Positions 42,471 through 55,019 of a stretch of 64,000 bases of DNA are shown one piece after another (within the stretch, counting starts at the first letter, position 1; the number at the start of each line of letters is the position of its first letter). The translations under genes were made by a program, and so were the position numbers. This DNA comes from Octopus vulgaris (lineage: Eukaryota), in the NCBI GenBank assembly GCA_951406725.2, contig OX597823.1, positions 60,326,001 through 60,390,000 on the forward strand, in the 5' to 3' direction. The notes below the pieces were generated by a model. The model saw only the letters and a list, made by a program, of their open reading frames with translations. It was not told where the DNA came from and did no database searches.

Positions 42471-43484
42471 AGAACTATGTATTTGTATACGTTTACACGT
42501 ATCATTATTTAGGTTAGCATTTAACATGTTTATTTATTTAGATATTTCTGAAATATTCTAATACGGAAAAAAAAACATCATAATTCGCTCTGCAGTTATA
42601 ACATTTCATTCATTATTCATTATTCATTCAACATTTTGCTTTGTTTGTTTTGTTTTGTTTTTCTACTTATTAAACAGCTCAAGCACTTTTCCAATTTAAT
42701 AAACATGTTAAAACTCTAATTATCTGCATTTTAACCTTCTTCTAATCTGGCATAAATGTGCCTGTCTGTGTGTTTATGTGTATGTGTGTATGTATATATG
42801 TGTGTGTCTAAGACAGAGGGTATAAAGAATAGCAAAATATGTTGCATTCCTTCTTTTCTGAAAGTCAATAAACTAGCGACATCTTCCAATATTTACTAAT
42901 GTTGCTCCTGTATTCATTTGCCGCACACAAAAACAATACCGTCTTCTCTTGTTTGTGACAACTCAATAAGACTCACTTACTTACTTCTGTCTACTTAACT
43001 AAAGACTGTCACCTTTGGGGTATGTTTACTCAATATAAATTATCATTTCCTTTTATGTGTTTACTTAATATTGCCTGTATCAACCCATGTGTTTAATCAA
43101 TATTATCTCCTTGTCTTTCAAGCTTGGCTTTACACTCTAAACAAATATGATTCTGTAGAAAGACAGAGAAAGACAGACAGACAGACAGAGACAGAGAAAG
43201 ACAGAGAGAGAGAGAGACAGAGAGACAGGCAGAGAGAGAAAGACAAAAGTTTGGGTAGTGGCTTTACAGATTTTCGTTGGTCTGGAGGGTATTAATCCAA
43301 AACTATAATAACGCTATCTTGATATATGTGTCTATTCAATGTAATATCAATGTAATCATATATAAACTCTTCGGCGTACTTATTAAATAAGATACCTCCC
43401 GATGTGTAATTTCTTAATATGATATTACCACCTTGTCATTGCATACTTACCTACAAAAATACTATGAAGATCTCAGCATGCACC

Positions 43485-43515
<31 letters not shown>

Positions 43516-43537
43516 GTATTTATGCATATATATGTAC

Positions 43538-43595
<58 letters not shown>

Positions 43596-44226
43596 TTATA
43601 TATATGTACACATATATATAACACACGCACACACACATGTATAACTACCATAATCTAGGCATCATGCAAGTGTAGCTTAGTAATATAATACAAAACATCT
43701 TTTTTTTTTATATATATTTTATGAGGTGTGTAATACTCATTTTCTTTTCTTCCCAATATGAGTTTCAAACTAGACATTATTACAAAGTTTTGATGGAGCA
43801 CTGTAGCATAATAGTTAAAAACAAACCCAAAAAGAAATATCTAAAGTTAATAAGCTGAATGAAAGAAGTGCAGATCTACATTCATTTCTTATTGAATGTG
43901 AATTTTGTTTTTGATACTGACAACAATTAGTTGCAACAAGCTGTGTGGAGGTAAGGTATTTTATGAAGCTTTGTTATAAGATATCAGTAGAAATCTCTCA
44001 CCTCTCCAACTGAAGAATTTCTCTTGGGTGACAAAAGGTCATGTGTCACCTCAAAATAAGTAGGAATGGGGGTAAATTTCGAAATATCCATTAATAAGAA
44101 GCAGAGATGATAAAAATACATACTATTATGCATTCTTCTATCTGTTATCTTTTAGTAGTCTCTTACAACAACTACCAATCAAATTTAAGATGTATCTCTA
44201 GTATCATATGCTACACACACATACAC

Positions 44227-44271
<45 letters not shown>

Positions 44272-44842
44272 TATGTATGTATGTATTGCAGTAGATGTCC
44301 ATGAAAGAAGATGGGTTCCTGTTTTCTTGATACAGAATATCTGTATGTACATGTATGTAAGTGTGTATGTATGTATGTATGTATGTATGTATGTATGTAT
44401 GTATGTATGTATGTATGTATGTATGTATGTATGTATGTATGTATGTATGTATGTATGTATGTATGTACGTATGTATGTGTGTGTATGTATGTATGTATGT
44501 ATGTATGGATGGATGAATGTATGTATGTATGTGTGTGTGTATGTATGTTTGTATGTTTGTATGTATGTTTGTATGTATGTATGTATGTATGTATGTATGT
44601 ATGTATGTTTGTATGTATGTACGTATGTATGTATGCAGGCATGCATTTATGTATGTATGTGTATCTATATATATGTGTGTATGTATATATATAGAGAGAG
44701 AAAGAGAGATAAATAGATAGATATAGATATAGATGTAGAGATATAGACATCATATAGATATAGAAATATATATATATATATACACGCAGATATATATTCC
44801 TATATATCCTTATTTTCTTGATATGTAATATGCATATATACA

Positions 44843-45215
44843 CAGGAGTGACTGTGTGGTAAGTAGCTTGCTTACCAACCACATGGTTCCAGGTTCAGTC
44901 CCACTGCATGGCACCTTGGGCAAGTGTCTTCTACAGTAGCCTTGGTCTGACCAAAGACTTGTGAGTGGATTTGGTGGTTGGAAAATGAAAGAAGCCCATT
45001 GTGTGTGTGTATATATATATAAATGGAGTTTAACGCAGGTGTAAATCAAATCTTTTTACTTTCAACACATGTCCCGAAAATTCCACTGATACTATTCAAG
45101 AGAATAAATGGTATAAACAATGCAATCTTCTCTTCAGGAAAGTGAAAAAAACGAAACTCGTCAATAAGACATTTTAGCAAAAAATTATGGATTTGTATAA
45201 CGATTGACTGAACGC

Positions 45216-45261
<46 letters not shown>

Positions 45262-45470
45262 TTATGTGTGTGTCTGTGTTTGTCCCCCACCACTACTTTA
45301 CAACTGATGTTGGTGTGTTTACATCCATGTAACTTAGCGGTTTGGCAAAAGAGACCAATAGAATAGGTAGAAGGTTTGCAAAGAATAAGTCCTGGGGTCA
45401 GTTTGTTCAACTAAAGGTGGAGCTCCAGCATGGCCACTGTCAAATGACTGAGGCAAGTAAAAGAATAAAA
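44843..45470 (+). mobile_element. SINE family A interrupted by a ~200-bp insert in its microsatellite
   Basis: 5' half 44843-44998 and 3' half 45268-45470; foreign sequence at 45021-45217. Confidence 0.8.
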
Positions 45471-46249
45471 GGATATGTATGTATATATGTGTGTGTGTGT
45501 GTATGTATATACATATATGTGCGTGTGCGTGTATGTATATATGTATGTATGTATGTATAGCAAATCAAAGACAGAAGATGGAATATACATATATCAGCCT
45601 CTTACATAACCACCAAGTTACAGGGACATAAACACACCAACATCACCGGCAAAGTGATGGTGGGTGGACAAACACAGACACACACACAAATATATATGTA
45701 TATTTATATTATATATATATATATATATGTATGTATAATATAAATAATATATAAATATTATACATATATACATACATATATGTGTATATATACATGCATA
45801 TATGATACAGGACATCAAAAAAACTTTGAACACAATGAGAAACGAAAACATACAAAACGAACATTTTCGAACAACGCAAAAAATCAAACAGAGAAAGAAG
45901 ACATACAACATAAAGAATATTCCCCTTCTTCAGGTGTCCCTGTTTCATCTACTCCACTTTTCGAAGGCAACGCCAATACGCAACTTCATTGAGACAGTCC
46001 TTCCCACAAAGCAAATTAAATAAAATTTGGGATTTTTTGCAGAGGGTGAAAGTGGTAACAAGAACAGGACAGTAAAAACAAAACAGTAGAAACAAACAGT
46101 GAGGGCTGTTAAGCCAAGACGATAGAAAAATTATTATGAATGCTAGGAAGATGAGCTTATGAAGGAGACAGTATAAGCACGTTTTGTCTTTACGAAGGTA
46201 GTGGGCAGAAAGATAGATTCTCTTTCATCACGTCAGATTCTCTTTTGTC

Positions 46250-46379
46250 AGTGGGTTCAGTTCCACTGCATGGTATCTTGGGCAAGTATCTTCTACTGTA
46301 GGCTTGGGCTGACCAATGACTTGTGAGTGGATTTGGTGGAGAGAAACTGAAAAAAACCGATCATGTATGTGTGTTTGTG

Positions 46380-46452
<73 letters not shown>

Positions 46453-46672
46453 ATATATGTTTTTGTGTTCATGTCTATGGTTGTTCCTTCACCAATGCTT
46501 GACAACCGATCTTGGTGTGTTAATGTCCCTGTAACTTAGTGGTTCAGCAAAAGAGACCAATAGAATAAATACCAGACTTACAAAGAATAAGTAGAGGAGT
46601 CGATTTCTTCAACTAAAAGGTAGTGCTCCAGTATGGCCGCAGTTAAGATGACTGAAACAAGTAAAACAATAA
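46250..46672 (+). mobile_element. SINE family A, 5'-truncated
   Basis: Match from the B-box onward. Confidence 0.85.
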
Positions 46673-46691
46673 ATATATATATATGCATATT

Positions 46692-46744
<53 letters not shown>

Positions 46745-46824
46745 TAATAAGGGTAGAAATTGATATTAATCAATTAAAACCAGTGGCCTAGCATATTAAA
46801 AAAATCCGAAGATTAAAATATTTT

Positions 46825-47152
46825 TACATACAAAATTTAAAGGACTGACCACTAAAAGTGGACGGTCAACATACTAGATATAGACGTCAAATCGTTATTT
46901 TCCACAAAGAATATGTTCTCAAATAAAAACCCAGCACAAACCAAAGCATTAAAAATAAGCAAGACAAATGAAAATATACAAAATAAAAATGATTTTTATT
47001 TCGTATATTTTCATGTCTTGCTTATTTTTAATACTTTGGTTTGTGCTTGGTTTTTATTTGAGAACATATTCTTTGTGGAAAATAACGATTTGATGTCTAT
47101 ATCTAGTATGTTGACCGTCCACTTAAAGTCAGTCCTTTAAATTTTGTATGTA
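46825..47152. repeat. ~330-bp near-perfect palindrome
   Basis: Arms ~165 bp, centre 46991. Confidence 0.95.
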
Positions 47153-47158
47153 TATATA

Positions 47159-47194
<36 letters not shown>

Positions 47195-47367
47195 TGTATA
47201 TATAAAGGGTAATAGGTAAAGACCCCCTTCAGTCATGAATGACCATGGGATTGCACCTTGGAAGTTCCCCTGAGAGGCACACGTCTGAGCATCGTTGATT
47301 ATGAAAGACCAGCAGTCACCCATGCATACTAGCCTGCCCTTTCCATACTACCAATGTTATCCAAAGG

Positions 47368-47678
47368 CAATGGTTCCCAGACTTTTCCAGGCTCCTTCGC
47401 TCTTGACACCCAGACCACATTCCCATCACCCCACCCCAACTAACCATCACAAACACATACCTCTTTCTGAAGCAAATTCAAAACAACTGTATTTCACAAA
47501 TATAACTTAACCTAATGAACCCATTATTTTGCTGTTTTTACATGAATCACTACTCCATTGTCACCCCAATTTTTACATGAATTGCACTCACCATTATCGC
47601 CCCACTTTTCTTCAATGCCCCCTTGGAACTTACCATCGCCACCAAAGGGAACAATACCATCCACTTTGGGAACCACTA
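47368..47678. mobile_element. hAT-type MITE nested in a SINE (47215-47810)
   Basis: TIRs caatggttccca / tgggaaccacta; partial TSD caaagg. Confidence 0.65.
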
Positions 47679-47816
47679 GGCAAAGGCTGATATAGCTTGG
47701 CACCAGTGACATTGCAACTCATTTTACGGCTGAGAGAACTGGAAGAACGTGAAATATAGTGTCTTCCTCAAGAACACAACTCACAGCCCAGTCCAGGATT
47801 AAACTCACTACCTCAT

Positions 47817-47874
<58 letters not shown>

Positions 47875-47878
47875 GAGA

Positions 47879-49120
47879 CATGAAAGAAGTAAATAGACAC
47901 CCTTATAGTCACTAAAATGTATTTAAATCTGAAATTATACATTCAAATTATTTGTTAGTTATTATAATGTGAGCATTTAATATTTAGTAGACATACTCTT
48001 TGATTATTCTATGCAAGGGCCCTATTAGGTATGTTACTGATCAGATGGTGAATATTCTCTTGCGGAATTTCTTGCTAAGTTTCATGCAGTAATCTCAAAA
48101 GATCTGGCTTTAAAGATGCTTTCTTATTCTGTTTATGAAATGTCCTGTCCATTATGTCCCCAGAGGTGTTCTATAGGGTTCATATCTGGTGACTGGCTTG
48201 GCTATGGAAGCTTTCTAATGCCATTCTTTTCCAACAAATCTTAGGTCATTTTAACCATGTGACAAGGAATCCCATCTTCCATAAATTGAGAGTCTTCTTT
48301 AGCCATTTCACCACTGGAGAAGTTTGGAAGGAGTCCTTTCTGCAATATGGACACATTTATTTGAGTTTAACTTTCCCTCACACTCTACCAGCTCTGATCA
48401 ACCGTTGCTCCAAATTGTTCCCCAGATCATCACAGAATAGCTGCTGTGTTTCGTTGCTGGTTGCAATCTTTTCACATCAAATTCTTGATCACAGAGTCTC
48501 TAGACCCACACTCGACCACTGTTAGGAAATACAGCAAATCTGGACTCATCAGAGAATATGATAGTGTCCCAAAATACTAAGGGCCTCTCTACCATCTCAC
48601 TGGCCCAATCTTTTTTCCGCTTCATATTGGCTGGTCAAAGATGTAGCTTCCTTCTTCCTGCTCTGCCATAGTAACTAAGTTTGTGGAGACACCTGACAGC
48701 TGTTCTGGGACTGACATCAACTTGCTCTGCTATGTCAGAGTTCTTGCTATGAGGATTATCCTCCACACTTCTCTTAGCAAAGAGAAGGGTCCTGTCAGAG
48801 GGCCCTGGTTGATCTGGACAAGGTGATGTGGACTCCTTCCCTCTTTGGTGAATTGCACAATCACTCTATTAACTGTAGAAAGCAGGATCCCAAGGTTTTC
48901 TGCGATTTTACGCTGATTATATCCACCTTCAGAATGACCCACAATACAGCCTCTTCGAAATTCAGACAGTTCCAAGGCCTCTTTTGTACATGGCATGATT
49001 GAACAGTCACATATAGAATCTGAAACATAAAAATGTCAATTAATAAGAAATATAAACCATTACAAGTTAGAATAAACAGAAAACGGGGTTTTATGGGGGT
49101 GTCTATTTACTTCTAACATG
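47879..49120 (-). mobile_element. Tc1/mariner transposon, full-length but decayed
   Basis: TIRs catg..agaagtaaatagacaccc at both ends. HTH region ELSEFRRGCIVG..KIAENLG, then IIFSDESRF and SPDMNPIEHLW. Confidence 0.92.
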
Positions 49121-49544
49121 TGTGTGTGCATATATATATATATATACAGAGAGAGAGAGAGAGAGAGAGAGATGAAGAGAGAGAGAGAGGGATGAAAAGA
49201 GAGAGAGAGAGAGAGAGGAATGAAGAGAGAGAGAGGGGATGAAGAGAGAGAGAGGGAGATGAAGAGAAAGAGAGAGGGATGAAGAGAGAGAGAGGTGAAA
49301 AGGGAGAGAGATATGGAATTTTTCAAAATATAATTTTGTTTTTGAACTTTAATTGACCTTGTTGGGGGATGGGTGCTAAGTACTCTTACTTTGTTAAAGA
49401 ATTTAGTTTATCTGTATTTTCCTTAATGTCAGTTGTATTGAGTGTCTTGTTTTTGTTTTTGTGTGACACACAGACAGACACACACACACATGTGCACATG
49501 TGCATACACACACTTATTTGTGCACCTAGAAACATATTGATAGC

Positions 49545-49584
<40 letters not shown>

Positions 49585-49643
49585 CGCCATGATAGATCGT
49601 TAGCCACTACACACATTTTTTTTTCACCTTGTTTTCTGTTTCC

Positions 49644-49679
49644 CTTTCTGTAGAAGAGCGTAGGCTCGAAACGTAAAAG
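49644..49679 (+). ncRNA. Ultra-minimal hammerhead-like motif with variant core (CUGUAGA)
   Basis: cttt-CTGTAGA-a-gagc(gtag)gctc-GAAA-cgta-aaag, inside the repeat 49584-49775. A decayed copy lies at 61720-61755. Confidence 0.5.
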
Positions 49680-50081
49680 ACTTTTTCTATTCCTGAGCGT
49701 TATACTAATACATCTGTTTGTTTCGTACACCACCTGTCTTCGCCTTTTGTTGTATTTTTCACAAACTCTCCCTATATATATATATACACTTATATACAAT
49801 TCTCACCCACATAGTCATACATGTGTATGTGTGTGTGAGTATGTGTGCATGTGTGTGTATTTGATAGATAGATTAAAGATAGATATTTCCAATAGATTCA
49901 ATTCCTGCTATCAACTAAGCCATATTCTAGGCCAATTCTGGCCCAAGTATATCTAAGTATATATATATATGTATATATATAATATTAATTAGAGACAAAA
50001 CCACTATTATGCAAATCAAACAAAAGAAAGACTTAATCCAATACATAAAAATTTTATATAAATTAAATAAAATTAAATTCG

Positions 50082-50127
50082 CCACTACAATTGTTTCATG
50101 TCTCTTCTAAGGACATTCATCAGGTGG
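50082..50127 (-). ncRNA. Minimal type I hammerhead ribozyme, inverted copy
   Basis: Reverse complement of 50177-50222 with one loop substitution; core intact. Confidence 0.9.
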
Positions 50128-50176
50128 TTTTCAGATCTTCTATCCAATTTTAAAAATTGAATAGAAGATCTGAAAA

Positions 50177-50222
50177 CCACCTGATGAATGTCCTTAGAAG
50201 CGACATGAAACAATTGTAGTGG
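50177..50222 (+). ncRNA. Minimal type I hammerhead ribozyme (Penelope-type)
   Basis: ccac-CTGATGA-atgtc(cttagaagc)gacat-GAAA-caattgt-a-gtgg. Helix I ccac/gtgg, helix II atgtc/gacat, palindromic helix III, GUA cleavage triplet. Confidence 0.9.
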
Positions 50223-50401
50223 CGAATTTAATTTTATTTAATTTATATAAATTTTTTTATGTATTGGATTAAGTCTTTCTTTGTCTGATTTGCATAATAG
50301 TGGTTTTGTCTCTAATTAATATTATATAATATTTTACTATAAAATTGGATTCAATCCTAAATCTGATTTTTCCCTGTAAATTTGGATTTATTCCTAATAT
50401 T

Positions 50402-50462
<61 letters not shown>

Positions 50463-50487
50463 GCCCACACACACACACATATGTATG

Positions 50488-50607
<120 letters not shown>

Positions 50608-50822
50608 GTAATAATAATATGAGGGAATATTATTCCAAACCTACAGGGAAAAATTCAATTTAGAAATACTAAATCAAATTTCACAAAATATAATACATAT
50701 ATATATGTGTGTATATATATTTATATATATGTATGTATGTATATGTGTGTGTGTGTGTATGTATGTATGCATGCATTCATGTGTGCATATATAATTATAC
50801 ATAGACATTTCATGCATTCATA

Positions 50823-50886
<64 letters not shown>

Positions 50887-50919
50887 GTGTCATCATATTC
50901 AATGTTTTCATATTCACTG

Positions 50920-50972
<53 letters not shown>

Positions 50973-51140
50973 GCTCAAAAGTCAACTAATAAACAGTCTT
51001 GCTTTCAGTTTGATAAATGACAAAATGAATTATTTCAACCAGGAAAACCTGGGTTGTATTTAAAAGATTTTTTTTTTATTTTTAAGATTATCTTTACTCT
51101 CTTAGCTGATCCAGTGCTTAGCACATTATATATATACATA

Positions 51141-51190
<50 letters not shown>

Positions 51191-51625
51191 CAGGCATGCA
51201 TATATGTCTATGGATTCAAAGAAGTGTCTGGCTATCATAGAAAGCTCTTCTAACAGACTCACCTAACAGTCTGCTTAGTAATCCAAAACAGATAAGTGTA
51301 ATGTAAAGTGCCCATAACTGCTGACTTCCAGAAGCTCTGATTGATAAAACTGTTTCATGAGGTGTGTATAGACTATAAAATCACACAGTATGAGAGGTGA
51401 ATATATTTATTTAACCACTTAAAATCCTTAGGGTTACAGCTGCTTTGCAGCCTCCTTCAGGCAGTAATAATTTCTGTGTGGAAAAAATTAAGCTTTCATG
51501 TTTGCATTAATATGCATGCTCAGCATCATAAAATGCAGTTGTATATTCATGTGATGTACTGGTGATCTCATACACTAGCTTTATTTATTTGCATTGATTT
51601 GTAAAAACTGCATCTCATTTTTGAA

Positions 51626-51704
51626 GCTCTGATGAAGCTATTAGGTGATACACAAGTATTGAACTATGAGTGAACTGCTTCTTATAGCAGAAACAGCTGT
51701 AAGC
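51626..51704 (+). ncRNA. Type I hammerhead ribozyme with long helix II loop
   Basis: gct-CTGATGA-agctat...atagca-GAAA-cagctgt-a-agc; first helix II pair is an A/A mismatch. Confidence 0.7.
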
Positions 51705-52026
51705 CAATGAAGTCTATTACATAATTTTTTATTTGCTTGTTATTTTCTTTTCTCATTTCTGCTCCGTAATCGAATGATACTTTGTACTGAAGCATATAGT
51801 ATACTAAGTTATTATTATCACTATGTCTAAGTGAAATAATAAAATATATGCTATGCACATGCACACACACACACATATGTATGTGTATGTGTATGTATGT
51901 GTGCATATATATGTGTGTGTGTGTGTATATATGTATGTATATATATATATATATATATATAAAATAAATCTGTATATATATATATATATATATGCATATA
52001 TGCATGTGTATAGATATATATATGTG

Positions 52027-52061
<35 letters not shown>

Positions 52062-52180
52062 GTATATATATATGTGTGTGTGTGTATGTATGTATGCATG
52101 CATTCATGTGTGCACACATAATTATACATGGACATTTTATGCATTCATACACATGTATGTGTATGTATGTGTGTGTGTAT

Positions 52181-52215
<35 letters not shown>

Positions 52216-52674
52216 GTGTCATCATATTCAATGTTCTCATGTTCACTGTTCTCAACAGAATCGCAATAGCTTACACAATTTGATGAAAATTAAAGTGTTC
52301 CTATCTATGTAGAGAAGTAATTCCAATTATTGGAAACTGGATCATATATCATTGATGCTAGAAAATGATGATTTAATTCACTATCATTCAGTCACATATG
52401 GTCAGGTTCTACTTCTTTTTCTTTTCCTTTTTGTTTTTTCTTTATACATAATTTCAATCTATTTTATATTCACTGTAACATTTTCTCAGCCAAGTACGTA
52501 TCGCTGCTTAAGCATGTGCTATTCATTCTATGTGAAAATGCTTTTTATAAAATCCTTCAAGTTTGTCTTATCTTAATAATAGTTTTCCATAGATGCTGGT
52601 GTGGCTACGTGGTAAGCCATTTGCTTCCCAACCGCAAGATTTCAGGTTCAGTCTCACTGTATAGCAACTTGAAT

Positions 52675-53425
52675 GACTACAAATTTTGGCACAAGGCCAT
52701 AACTACATCTATCCCAGCACTCAGCTGGTTCTTATTTTATCAAGCCCCAAAAGGATGAAAGACAAAGTCGACCTCAGTGGAATTTGAACACAGGACAGAA
52801 AGACAGATGAATGACTTCAAATTTTAGCACAAGGTCAGCAATTATAGAGGGGGAATAAGTCAATTACATTGACCTGGGTGTTCCACTGAAACTTATTTTA
52901 TCAAACCCCAAAAGGATGGAAGGTAAAGTCAGCCTTGGTGGAATTTGAACTCAGAACATAAAGGGCCAGAAGGAATTTTGTTATATTTGCCCATCACACT
53001 AATGATTGTGCCAGCTCACCACTATCGTCTTGTCCTTCAGGCCTGAAATTTTGAAGGGAGGGGACTAGTCGATTACATCTGGTTCTTAATTTATCAACCC
53101 TGAAAGGATGAAAGGCAAAGTCGACCTTGGAGGAATATGAATCCAGAACATGTTGCAAAAAATATCAGCCCAGAACGTGTTGCAAAAAAAGGAGAGACAG
53201 TTAGCACTCCCCTTGACAAGGACGGAAGAGATCAATCGATCTTTCTAACACATATGGGCATTGCTCTCTACTTCAGAGCAGCCTATTTTTTACGTCCAAC
53301 CCATGCTAGCACAGAAAACGGACGTTAAACGATGATGATGAGGAGGAGGAGGAAGAGGAGTATAAAGATAGACGAAATGTTACCCATCATTTTTCCCAGC
53401 ATGCTAACGATTCTGCAAGTTCACT
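52675..53425 (-). mobile_element. Cluster of SINE family B copies
   Basis: Three or more aaaggatgaaaggcaaagtcgacc-type motifs. Confidence 0.75.
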
Positions 53426-54009
53426 GCTTTTCTGTCTTTTATAATAAAACCTGACTTGTTATTTGCAGTACACAACCAATGAATTGTAATACTTGCTACA
53501 TAATATCTCATCACTGGTAAATTGCCTGGCTATTGAGGATTGTACATTAACTTCAGTTGTTATGATACCAGCAATAGATATGGATGTAATTATATTAGAC
53601 AATAATTTACATGGTAACTAATGAGGCTGGGCATTTGACTATGTTGCCTGTATGACAAACAGTGTTGATTACAGTAAATTTGTTTGTATATAATTAAATT
53701 AAATTACATTAAAACTATTTCTTTGAATTTTAAACATGTTTAAAGCAGCAAAGTCAAATTTTTAAAGTTTAATTTTTATTTTGATTGTACCACAGACTAA
53801 ATAATGCCATCACAGGCACACTAAATTTGTTTGCAAATAATTTAATTAAATTCAATAATTTCTCTGAATTTTGAACATGTATGAAAACAGTAAAGTCATA
53901 AATTTTATTGAATTAAATCAATCACATGACAAAATCATGTGATCATACACATATATATATATGTACATATATATATATATATATATACACACATACATAT
54001 ATATATTTA

Positions 54010-54057
<48 letters not shown>

Positions 54058-54370
54058 AGTGTACATTTAAACACAAGAGAAAACTGCCTTCAACAGGCAG
54101 TTTTTACATGCTAGAAGAAGTAGTCAAAATGTCCAAAACCATATTTAAGAGCAATCTTCAAAAGGAATGAAAAATAAAAAACTTCTACCTCATTATTTTA
54201 ATCTGGTCAGACCTAGGTTTCAAAATTTTTTTAGTAAATAAAATACTTTTCTAGGTTAAATTTCTCATCAGTGACCTCACCATAACACTAACATATAATT
54301 AAGTGATGAATAACACATGTTTCATCGTTATACATTATAATTTTTCAAATTATATATATATATATATAAT

Positions 54371-54421
<51 letters not shown>

Positions 54422-54430
54422 GAATATATA

Positions 54431-54468
54431 AATCTGAAGAATCCACTAGAGTGGTTGAAAGCGCTATT
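54431..54468 (+). ncRNA. Degenerate hammerhead motif
   Basis: aat-CTGAAGA-atccactagagtggtt-GAAA-gcgct-att; one helix II mismatch and an apparent 1-nt loss at the cleavage site. Confidence 0.5.
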
Positions 54469-55019
54469 ATATGATTTATAAAGGCATGTGACATATTAAT
54501 AAAAATCTGTAAATATAAAATCATCCAGATTTCTGAATACCTTATTTCTTCTAATATATAATACCTATACATCATTTCCAAACATAATATATATGTGTGT
54601 GTGTGTGTGCGTGTGCGTGTGTGTGTGTTTGTTGTATGTCCACATTTGGCCAAAAATATTTTTTTCAATATCTAATTTTGCTTGCAATTATAGTCAGTTC
54701 TTTCAGTCAAACTATTGTATCTGCAGCTGCTTCAGATGCCTAGATATGGAAATTGTCAAAGTGTCATACAACAGTTCAGTATTTTTCAAAAGTGTAGAAA
54801 GTCCCACATACAACTGTTTTTCCAAAACTATTTCTGACTGTAAACATCATAAATGCATAGATTTACGATTTTATGCCCCCAACAAAGTATTATTGTTAAG
54901 CTGAAATTGTTGCTAATGTAAAAAGAAATGGAATGGTGAAACCATTTTTTCATTTTCTCATAAAGCAACGTTTTGGACTTAGGAAACGTTTGCATAATAG
55001 CAACAATATTATCATTACC

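Larger units (their letters stand above)
49976..50337. repeat. ~360-bp near-perfect palindrome
   Basis: Arms ~175 bp, centre about 50151, essentially no spacer. Confidence 0.95.

Noticed and set aside
43443-43452. atacttacct resembling the U1 snRNA 5' end
   Set aside because: No downstream U1 sequence; it is just a donor-like word on the minus strand.
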